Shown: positions 27,713 to 35,074 of the stretch, one piece after another
How positions within the stretch are numbered: position 1 is the first letter of the stretch
How the letters are laid out: every line of letters begins with the position of its first letter
Assembly: GCA_024698555.1 (NCBI GenBank)
Contig: JAILRI010000219.1
Location: forward strand, 18,442 to 82,441
From: Lachnospiraceae bacterium
GTDB taxonomy: Bacteria; Bacillota; Clostridia; Lachnospirales; Lachnospiraceae
Length of the DNA: 64,000 bases
Reading direction: 5' to 3'
The notes under the pieces: generated by a model
What the model saw: only the letters and a program-made list of their open reading frames with translations
Databases searched by the model: none
Told to the model about the DNA's origin: nothing
Program-made: the position numbers and the translations under genes

Positions 27713-29437
27713 TTGAAAAAATACTTTATCATATCAGCAATTCTCGTTTTGACCCTGATGCTTACAGGATGCTCGAGGAACGGAAATGGAGAAAAGGAAC
27801 CGATTATGGATACAGAAAACATAACTCCTGAAGAAAGCGAAACAGGCTCTGTGACCGGTTCCGAAACTGAATCTGTAACGGAAACCGGGATCGATTCTGG
27901 ATCTGAACCGCTATCCGTTCCGGATGACTGGTACCGGAATTTCTACGAAATATTCGTTTACAGCTTCTATGATTCGAACGGTGATGGGTATGGAGATATT
28001 AAAGGCGTAATTTCCAGGCTTGATTATATAAAAGACATGGGGTACAACGCGATATGGCTGATGCCTGTCCATCCTTCGCCATCCTATCACAAATATGATG
28101 TCAGGGATTATTATGATATCGACCCCAAATACGGTAATGTGGATGATATGAAGAAGCTCTTTGAGGAGGCTCATAAGCGCGATATAAGAGTCATAATGGA
28201 TCTGGTGGTGAACCATACCTCAAAGGAGCATAAGTGGTTTATCGATGCATGCAGGCAGATAAGGGAAAATGGAGAGCCTTCCGGGGAACACAGTGATTAT
28301 TACAATTTCCGTGATACCCCCGAGTACGGATATGCGCAGGTGACCGGAGCCCAGTGGTTTTATGAAGCCAGATTCGATTCGGGTATGCCGGATCTGAATC
28401 TTGATAATCCGAAAGTCAGGAATGAGATAAAAGACATCATGCAGTTCTGGTTTGACACAGGCGCGGACGGATTCCGGCTGGATGCTGTTACCAGCTATTA
28501 TACAGGGAATATTGGTAAGAATGTGGAGTTTTTGAACTGGCTTGAAACTACCGCGCATTCGATAAAGGAAGACAGCTTTCTGGTAGGTGAAGCCTGGGAA
28601 AGTTCGGATGCGATCATCAGGAGGTATTACGAATCGGGGCTGGACAGCTTCTTCATTTTCACCATGGCAACCGGAGAAGGAACTATCGTAAACCGCGCCA
28701 TGAGTTTCTCGGCACAGACCAACGGCAGCGCGCTGACCAAGCTCATGCTGAATTTGGAACAGACCTATGATACCGGTATCATGTCATGCTTTCTGGGCAA
28801 TCATGACACTGCCAGGGCAGCGAACTTCCTGCGCAGATCCATGCCTGAGCGCGTGAAGATGGGAGCAGGTATCCTGGCAATGATGCCCGGAGCGGTATTT
28901 ACCTATTACGGTGAGGAGATAGGAATGATCGGAACGGGGGCTGATCCCAACAAGCGCATTGCCATGCTTTGGGACGGGCTCGATACGGAAGGGTATGTTA
29001 AAAATGCGCCTTCTGGGGCAGACACTGTTACAGCCGACAGCTACTGCTTCCCCGGTGTGGCTTCACAGCAGGAAGAGGCGGATTCCATTCTTAACTACTA
29101 TAAACAGGCCATGAAGCTGCGCCTGCAAAATCCCGAGATCGCCCGCGGTACGGTGGAGGATCTGCAGGACATGGACGGTATCGAGGCAGGCGGGCAGGTA
29201 AGCATAACCCGCCGGACCTGGAACGGTTCCTCTGTCATAGTTGTAATTAACCTGAATTCCGGCGAGCCTGAAACGATAAAGCTGGATTTGAATGTAACAG
29301 GCAATGTAAAAAAGAAGGGCTGCCTTTCTGCATACTATGGCGTATCAGCCGGAGCTGGAGAAGATGGGACAGCAGCTGCCGATGAAGAGAAGGAGGTATA
29401 TGTACTTCCTCCGTATTCTGTCACGATATTCAGGTAG
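27713..29437 (+). CDS. GH13 alpha-glucosidase/amylase-family lipoprotein
   Basis: 574 aa. TTG start 7 nt after GGAGGAAG. Lipobox LTGC. GH13 regions DLVVNHTS, GFRLDAV, VGEAWE, FLGNHD. Confidence 0.9.
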   Translation: MKKYFIISAILVLTLMLTGCSRNGNGEKEPIMDTENITPEESETGSVTGSETESVTETGIDSGSEPLSVPDDWYRNFYEIFVYSFYDSNGDGYGDIKGVISRLDYIKDMGYNAIWLMPVHPSPSYHKYDVRDYYDIDPKYGNVDDMKKLFEEAHKRDIRVIMDLVVNHTSKEHKWFIDACRQIRENGEPSGEHSDYYNFRDTPEYGYAQVTGAQWFYEARFDSGMPDLNLDNPKVRNEIKDIMQFWFDTGADGFRLDAVTSYYTGNIGKNVEFLNWLETTAHSIKEDSFLVGEAWESSDAIIRRYYESGLDSFFIFTMATGEGTIVNRAMSFSAQTNGSALTKLMLNLEQTYDTGIMSCFLGNHDTARAANFLRRSMPERVKMGAGILAMMPGAVFTYYGEEIGMIGTGADPNKRIAMLWDGLDTEGYVKNAPSGADTVTADSYCFPGVASQQEEADSILNYYKQAMKLRLQNPEIARGTVEDLQDMDGIEAGGQVSITRRTWNGSSVIVVINLNSGEPETIKLDLNVTGNVKKKGCLSAYYGVSAGAGEDGTAAADEEKEVYVLPPYSVTIFR

Positions 29438-29455
29438 GTTTAGGGAATATAAAAG

Positions 29456-29587
29456 GTAACTATTCAGCCCCCCGAACATGAGCAAAAAAATGACTTCTTT
29501 GCATGACGTGATAGTCATTTTTTTACGACTTGCGACAGGAACCGGCTTGCCGGTTCTCGATGCGAGGTGGAGGTTCTGAATAGTTAC
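29456..29587. mobile_element. MITE-like non-autonomous element, copy A (132 bp)
   Basis: Perfect 12-bp terminal inverted repeats GTAACTATTCAG / CTGAATAGTTAC, flanked by an identical 8-bp direct repeat TATAAAAG (29448-29455 and 29588-29595). The internal 12-bp stem AAAAAAATGACT/AGTCATTTTTTT and a 27-nt block are identical to 33122-33148. Confidence 0.6.
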
Positions 29588-29607
29588 TATAAAAGAAGAT
29601 AAAAAAA

Positions 29608-29644
29608 GGGGCTGTCACACTGAGAAAGTGCAACAGTCCTTTTT
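29608..29644. terminator. Bidirectional intrinsic terminator (GH13 gene / zinc-ribbon gene)
   Basis: A-run, then hairpin GGGCTGTCAC...GTG..ACAGTCC, then TTTTT. Confidence 0.6.
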
Positions 29645-29659
29645 GATATGCGGATTTAT

Positions 29660-30145
29660 TTACTTAAGGAAGCCCAGGCTCCTGATGATGGCGGGCTCTT
29701 TGGACTGGCCGGCGAAGATCTGGAACACAGTGATGATCTTGAGTATGCCCAGAATTATGAAACAGACAGCTCCGGCGATGGGAACGATAATGGTCCAGCA
29801 CAGTACCACGCAGCATATACCCAGCAGCATATTGACTACAGTGTACTTGACTGCCTGACGCAGATGGAACTGGATGAAGGGTGATTCCTTGCTCAGAAGC
29901 GCACATACTATCATGCCGATAACGCCCAGCAGGTAGGGCAGGATCGCATAACACTTATTGTTGGAAACATCCATCGGATCAAACTCGGTGGTATGATCGA
30001 AGGGATCATACGCAGGCGCCATAGCAGGCATGGGAGCCACTCCGGGAGCAGCATTGTTCATGGGCGCACCCATGTTGGTTCCGCAGTTTCCGCAGAAAGG
30101 AGCGCCGTCCTCTACCTGTGCTCCGCATTTGGGACAAAAAGCCAT
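29660..30145 (-). CDS. Zinc-ribbon plus DUF4870-like small membrane protein
   Basis: ORF 29660..30181. ATG 30145 follows AAGGAGGAA. MAFCPKCGAQVEDGAPFCGNCG zinc ribbon, Pro/Ala linker, three TM helices, FHLRQ motif. Confidence 0.7.
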   Translation of the reverse strand: MAFCPKCGAQVEDGAPFCGNCGTNMGAPMNNAAPGVAPMPAMAPAYDPFDHTTEFDPMDVSNNKCYAILPYLLGVIGMIVCALLSKESPFIQFHLRQAVKYTVVNMLLGICCVVLCWTIIVPIAGAVCFIILGILKIITVFQIFAGQSKEPAIIRSLGFLK

Positions 30146-30179
30146 ATCTTTATTCCTCCTTATTGTAGGTTTTAACCTC

Positions 30180-30207
30180 ATTATATCATTTCCTGACAGA
30201 ATGTAAA
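30180..30207 (-). promoter_or_regulatory. Candidate promoter of the zinc-ribbon gene
   Basis: Reverse strand: TTTACA, 16 nt, TATAAT. Confidence 0.45.
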
Positions 30208-30310
30208 TACCATTTGACCGAGATAGTAGTAATTCCTTTAATTTGAATTATTATGAAAACTTGATATACTGTAAATGATTGTTTTTTATTCGAAAACGTG
30301 GATTTCACTG

Positions 30311-30395
30311 CCTTCCCCTTGAGGGGAAGGTGCCCCGAAGGGGCGGATGAGGTGTAATGCCTTCCCCTTGAGGGGAAGCCTGAACCGGAAGGGGT
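30311..30395. repeat. Cluster of GC-rich palindromic hairpin repeats
   Basis: CCTTCCCCTTGAGGGGAAGG (30311-30330), GCCCCGAAGGGGC (30332-30344), a second CTTCCCCTTGAGGGGAAG (30361-30378), and a CCGGAAGGGG tail. Confidence 0.6.
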
Positions 30396-30419
30396 AAAGA
30401 AAAATTTTTTAAAAACCTA

Positions 30420-30448
30420 TTGACATGGTAGGTAGATGGATGTATAAT
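30420..30448 (+). promoter_or_regulatory. Consensus sigma-70/SigA promoter of metY
   Basis: TTGACA (30420-30425), 17 nt, TATAAT (30443-30448), 48 nt upstream of ATG 30497. Confidence 0.65.
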
Positions 30449-30496
30449 GCAATTCAAGTTCTTAAAAATGACATACATACAAAGGAGAGAAAGATT

Positions 30497-31780
30497 ATGA
30501 GCGATTACAGATTTGAAACCTTACAGCTTCACGTGGGACAGGAGCAGGCGGATCCCGCAACCGACTCAAGGGCGGTGCCTATTTATCAGACCACGTCTTA
30601 TGTGTTCCACAATTCAAAGCATGCGGCAGACCGTTTCGGCCTGGCTGATGCCGGTAATATCTACGGACGTCTTACCAATTCCACTCAGGATGTTCTTGAA
30701 AAAAGAGTTGCGGCTCTGGAGGGCGGAAGCGCGGCGCTTGCGCTCGCATCCGGTGCCGCGGCTATTACCTACACTATAGAAGCTCTCGCTGCCAACGGCG
30801 GCCACATCGTTTCCCAGAAGACTATCTATGGCGGTTCCTTCAACTTGCTCGAGCATACTCTTCCCCAGTACGGCATTGAAACAACATTTGTGGATGCCCA
30901 TAACCTTCAGGAAGTAGAAGCAGCCATTAAGGACAATACACGCGCGATATATCTGGAAACTCTTGGCAATCCCAACAGTGATATCCCCGATATTGACGCG
31001 ATAGCAGAAATAGCCCATCGTCACGGTCTTCCCGTAGTAGTCGACAATACCTTCGGAACTCCCTACCTGATCAGACCCATTGAGCATGGGGCGGATATCG
31101 TAGTGCATTCGGCTACCAAGTTCCTGGGCGGCCATGGTACTACACTGGGCGGTATCATTGTTGAATCCGGCAAGTTTAACTGGAAGGAAAGCGGTAAGTA
31201 TCCGAACATAGCAGCTCCCAACCCCAGCTATCACGGTGTTTCCTTCTATGATGTGGTGGGTCCCGCCGCGTTTGTTACTTATATCAGAGCCATTCTTCTT
31301 CGCGATACGGGCGCTACCATTTCTCCGTTCAACGCGTTTCTGCTGCTGCAGGGTGTAGAGACTCTGTCCCTTCGTCTTGAGAGACATGCCGAAAATACCA
31401 AAAAAGTAGTAGAGTTCCTTAAGAATCATCCTCAGGTTGAAAAAGTAAACCATCCTTCACTTGAAGATCACCCTGATCATGCGCTTTACCAGAGATATTT
31501 CCCGAATGGCGGCGCTTCCATTTTCACCTTTGATATCAAGGGCGGACAGGATGAAGCATGGAAGTTTATCGACGGTCTGAAGATATTCTCTCTGCTGGCT
31601 AACGTGGCCGATGTAAAGAGTCTGGTGATCCATCCCGCATCCACCACTCATTCCCAGCTTTCGGCCGAGGAGCTTGCCGGTCAGGGGATCCATCCGAACA
31701 CTATCCGTCTTTCCATAGGCACCGAGCATATCGATGATATCATTGCCGACCTGGAAGCAGGTTTCGCGGCAGTGAAATAA
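30497..31780 (+). CDS. metY: O-acetylhomoserine (thiol)-lyase / sulfhydrylase
   Basis: ORF 30425..31780. The internal ATG 30497 follows AAAGGAGAGAAAG. MSDYRFETLQLHVGQ..., PLP-lysine motif HSATKFLGGHG. Confidence 0.9.
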   Translation: MSDYRFETLQLHVGQEQADPATDSRAVPIYQTTSYVFHNSKHAADRFGLADAGNIYGRLTNSTQDVLEKRVAALEGGSAALALASGAAAITYTIEALAANGGHIVSQKTIYGGSFNLLEHTLPQYGIETTFVDAHNLQEVEAAIKDNTRAIYLETLGNPNSDIPDIDAIAEIAHRHGLPVVVDNTFGTPYLIRPIEHGADIVVHSATKFLGGHGTTLGGIIVESGKFNWKESGKYPNIAAPNPSYHGVSFYDVVGPAAFVTYIRAILLRDTGATISPFNAFLLLQGVETLSLRLERHAENTKKVVEFLKNHPQVEKVNHPSLEDHPDHALYQRYFPNGGASIFTFDIKGGQDEAWKFIDGLKIFSLLANVADVKSLVIHPASTTHSQLSAEELAGQGIHPNTIRLSIGTEHIDDIIADLEAGFAAVK

Positions 31781-31902
31781 AAAAACAGAACTCTGTAGCA
31801 ATTGCGGTTATTTTATGATATTATTGACTTTGGAAGTAATCCGGGGAAACGCTGATCAAAATAACGAACCGGATCAATAACAAATATTTAAGGAGAACGC
31901 TT

Positions 31903-32835
31903 ATGTCAAACATTTACAAAGGAACACTCGGACTCATCGGAAACACTCCTCTGGTAGAGGTAACCAATATAGAAAAGGAACTGGGGCTTAAGGCCACGAT
32001 ACTGGTCAAGCTTGAATATTTTAACCCCGCCGGAAGCGTCAAGGACCGTATCGCAAAGGCAATGGTGGAAGACGCCGAAAGTAAAGGCCTCTTAAAGGAA
32101 GGCTCCGTGATCATAGAGCCCACCAGCGGCAATACAGGTATAGGACTTGCTTCCATAGCCGCGGCTAAAGGATATCGCATAATACTTACCATGCCTGAGA
32201 CCATGAGCGTGGAGCGCAGGAACATACTGAAGGCTTACGGCGCGGAGCTGGTACTTACGGAAGGCTCAAAGGGAATGAAGGGCGCTATAGCCAAGGCTGA
32301 AGAGCTGGCCAAAGAGATTCCGAACAGCTTTATCCCCGGACAGTTTGTCAATCCCGCAAACCCCGCGATCCACAAGGCTACCACCGGTCCCGAGATCTGG
32401 AAGGATACGGACGGAAAGGTTGACATCTTTATCGCGGGCGTAGGCACAGGCGGAACCGTTACCGGTACCGGAGAATATTTAAAGGAACAGAACCCGAACG
32501 TGAAGGTTGTTGCTCTCGAGCCCGCAGATTCGCCTGTTCTTTCCAAGGGGCAGGCAGGTCCTCACAAGATTCAGGGTATCGGTGCCGGATTTGTTCCTGA
32601 TGTATTGAATACCAAGGTCTATGACGAAGTATTTACCGCCGCCAATGATGATGCTTTCGCGGCAGCCAAACTGCTGGCCAGAAAAGAGGGCATTTCGGTA
32701 GGTATTTCCTCAGGAGCGGCACTGCATGGTGCCATAGAACTTGCAAAGAGGCCTGAGAACGAGGGCAAGGTAATAGTTGCGCTCCTTCCCGACAGCGGTG
32801 ACAGATATTATTCAACAGCGCTGTTTACAGAATAA
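31903..32835 (+). CDS. cysK: Cysteine synthase A (O-acetylserine sulfhydrylase)
   Basis: 310 aa. [12 protein letters not shown]-lysine motif, TSGNTG loop. RBS AAGGAGAA. Confidence 0.92.
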   Translation: MSNIYKGTLGLIGNTPLVEVTNIEKELGLKATILVKLEYFNPAGSVKDRIAKAMVEDAESKGLLKEGSVIIEPTSGNTGIGLASIAAAKGYRIILTMPETMSVERRNILKAYGAELVLTEGSKGMKGAIAKAEELAKEIPNSFIPGQFVNPANPAIHKATTGPEIWKDTDGKVDIFIAGVGTGGTVTGTGEYLKEQNPNVKVVALEPADSPVLSKGQAGPHKIQGIGAGFVPDVLNTKVYDEVFTAANDDAFAAAKLLARKEGISVGISSGAALHGAIELAKRPENEGKVIVALLPDSGDRYYSTALFTE

Positions 32836-32857
32836 ATATAATTTTACAGAAACAAAA

Positions 32858-32900
32858 GGGGGCTGTGGCGCTTGAATAAGTGTCGCAGCCCCCGGATTTT
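32858..32900 (+). terminator. Intrinsic terminator after cysK
   Basis: 16-bp stem GGGGGCTGTGGCGCTT / AAGTGTCGCAGCCCCC (three G-U pairs), GAAT loop, downstream GGATTTT. Confidence 0.7.
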
Positions 32901-32970
32901 GAGCTGATTGATAAAAAAATGCACCTATCTCATTTCCTACAGTTTTCCTGTTTCGCCATAATATTTTTTC

Positions 32971-33000
32971 TTGATTTACCTACTTACCCTATGGTATAGT
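32971..33000 (+). promoter_or_regulatory. Candidate extended -10 promoter upstream of the rrf2 leader
   Basis: TTGATT, 18 nt, TGgTATAGT. Lies upstream of MITE-like copy B. Confidence 0.4.
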
Positions 33001-33011
33001 ATGTGAAAAGA

Positions 33012-33202
33012 GTAACTATTCAGAACCCCCTGCCAGATATACATATTTGAAGTGAAAGCTTGCTTTCATACTTCAAATATGTTTTATCTGGCAAAGGGCG
33101 GTGACGTTAGTTACCGCCCAAAACATGAGCAAAAAAATGACTTCTTTGTCATATATTAAAGGTCATTTTTTTGCGAATGTTCGGGGGTCTGAATAGTTTT
33201 AC
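33012..33202. mobile_element. MITE-like element, copy B (191 bp, nested hairpins, opposite orientation to copy A)
   Basis: Ends GTAACTATTCAGAACCCCC / GGGGGTCTGAATAGTTTTAC. Shares the 27-mer AACATGAGCAAAAAAATGACTTCTTTG with copy A. Has extra hairpins at 33031-33093 and 33096-33119. No clean target-site duplication. Confidence 0.55.
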
Positions 33203-33230
33203 ATAATGATACAAAAGGAGTGATAATAAC

Positions 33231-33626
33231 ATGATTTCAACACGTGGACGATATGCGATCAGGGTTATGATAGATCTGGCAGAAAATGATAACGGAGGCT
33301 ATATTCCTCTGAAGGATATTGCTGCCAGGCAGAGTATTTCCAAAAAATATCTTGAGATAATCGTAAAGGATATGGTCAATGGAGGACTGCTCACGGGTGT
33401 GAGCGGTAAGGGAGGCGGTTACAGGCTTTGCCGCAAACCGGAAGAATACAACATCGGTGAAGTCATCGAGCTGATGGAAGGCACGCTCTCCCCTGTAGCA
33501 TGCCTGACCGGAAAGACCAATGAATGCCCCTACAAAGGTTCCTGCCATACGCTTCCAATGTGGGAAGAATATGACAGGATGGTGCATGATTTCTTCTACG
33601 GGAAACGGTTGAGCGATCTTGTGTGA
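33231..33626 (+). CDS. Rrf2-family transcriptional regulator (CymR/IscR-like, three-Cys cluster)
   Basis: 131 aa. MISTRGRYAIRVMIDLA wHTH. Cys triad CLTGKTNECPYKGSC. RBS AAAGGAG. Confidence 0.85.
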   Translation: MISTRGRYAIRVMIDLAENDNGGYIPLKDIAARQSISKKYLEIIVKDMVNGGLLTGVSGKGGGYRLCRKPEEYNIGEVIELMEGTLSPVACLTGKTNECPYKGSCHTLPMWEEYDRMVHDFFYGKRLSDLV

Positions 33627-33802
33627 TCGTGACCGCGTTATGACAATTTACATTTTTTTAACACTTATTTGATATCTGAATATATTGACATCAAGCGGAA
33701 TAAAGCATACTATATAAAGTGTATGATTTTGTGCATGTCTTGTCAGTTGTTGGACCGGCAAGATCAGGCGCGCATTTTAATGTTTCCGGAAGGAGAGAAA
33801 TT

Positions 33803-35032
33803 ATGCTTGCTACACTGATCCCGCTTTTGGACAATACCATGAATGTTCCGGCATATTCCATTTTCGCGCAAAGAGAAAACCTCCTTGCCAATCCGAGTTT
33901 GCTTGGAACAGGCAGCCTTGATATGGCATCAAGAGTGCTCGGGCTTGAGATCATCAACAATATGGGACTGGATTCGGTCGCGTCGGACCGCACGGTCGTT
34001 TTCATAGAAGTTAACAATATTTCAGTATTTGCGGATATTGAAAATGAGTGTCACGTCAATCCCCGCAAGATCGTTCTGCTGGCCAATAAGAGCGTTAAGC
34101 CCACAGAGCAGTATATCAACAGATTTGCTGCTCTGAAACAGAAAGGCTTCGGTCTTGCTATCAAAGGACTCGCTTATACCCAGTTTGAAGAATATAAGCC
34201 GATACTCGCCCTGATGGATTATGCGCTGCTCGATCACAAGCGAGTGAACATAACCGTTGCGCGCACATATTTTTCACAGCGTTATCCCAATCTTAAGCTG
34301 ATCGCGGTCAATGTAAACACACGCGAGGATTATGAGGCTCTGACCGAAAAAGAGGGATATTGCATGTATGAAGGAGAATTCTTCAGAGTCCCTGTAGCGG
34401 TCGGCGACAAGGAGGTAGCTCCTCTTAAAGCCAACTACATAGAACTGCTCAATGTGGTCAATGCGCCTAATTTCAACCTTTCGGACGCGGCGAGTGTTAT
34501 CTCGAGAGATACAGCGCTCGTTATCTCGCTGCTGGGAATGGTCAACAAGATGTCGCGCAATTCGGAGATCACATCCGTAAACCACGCAGCTGCCATGCTG
34601 GGACAGAAAGAATTGAAGAAATGGATCAATACAGCCGTGACTAAGGAATTATGCGCCGACAGGCCCAATGAGATCACGAGACTGTCACTGCTGCGCGCCA
34701 AATTCGCGGAAAATCTCGCTCCGGTATTCGATCAGGCCCAGCTTGCCAGTGAATATTTCCTGATGGGGCTGTTCTCGGTCATCGATATTATTCTGGACAA
34801 GACCATGGAAGAAGCGCTTAACCTGGTAAAGGTAAGCCGCGGGATCAATGACGCGCTTCTTCGGCATGAAGGCGATCTTGCCCCCATGCTCGACTTCATT
34901 GTCAGATATGAAAACGCTTCCTTCCAGGAAGTATCCAGACAGATGCTGCTCAAAAACATCGACGATGATAAGGTTTATGATGCGTATGTACAGTCGCTGA
35001 TCTGGTACAGAGACATGTTTCTGAAAAAATAG
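33803..35032 (+). CDS. EAL-like (degenerate) plus HDOD domain signalling protein
   Basis: ORF 33719..35032. ATG 33803 follows GAAGGAGAG. The N-terminal half resembles the COG3434-type EAL fold without a recognisable EAL motif. The C-terminal half is HDOD-like (LLGMVNK..., AAAMLGQKELKKWI). Confidence 0.65.
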   Translation: MLATLIPLLDNTMNVPAYSIFAQRENLLANPSLLGTGSLDMASRVLGLEIINNMGLDSVASDRTVVFIEVNNISVFADIENECHVNPRKIVLLANKSVKPTEQYINRFAALKQKGFGLAIKGLAYTQFEEYKPILALMDYALLDHKRVNITVARTYFSQRYPNLKLIAVNVNTREDYEALTEKEGYCMYEGEFFRVPVAVGDKEVAPLKANYIELLNVVNAPNFNLSDAASVISRDTALVISLLGMVNKMSRNSEITSVNHAAAMLGQKELKKWINTAVTKELCADRPNEITRLSLLRAKFAENLAPVFDQAQLASEYFLMGLFSVIDIILDKTMEEALNLVKVSRGINDALLRHEGDLAPMLDFIVRYENASFQEVSRQMLLKNIDDDKVYDAYVQSLIWYRDMFLKK

Positions 35033-35074
35033 TAATTTCGGCCGAGATCTGTTTTGTTTGTAAAGGAGGAGTCC

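Noticed and set aside
29479-29580. Short ORFs starting MSKKMTSL inside both MITE-like copies (also at 33126).
   Set aside because: There is no RBS, and the C-terminal parts differ completely. The shared N-terminus is explained by the identical 27-nt DNA block, so they are probably non-coding.
30225-30256. AT-rich GGAATTA-containing sequence upstream of metY as a possible CymR-type operator.
   Set aside because: It matches the B. subtilis consensus as I recall it only partially, with several mismatches. My recollection of that consensus is not reliable enough to call a site.
30449-30496. Expected a SAM riboswitch or T-box leader upstream of metY/cysK.
   Set aside because: The distance from the consensus promoter to the metY ATG is only 48 nt, and no SAM-I or T-box conserved sequence is visible. 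The 122-nt metY-cysK spacer also lacks such motifs.
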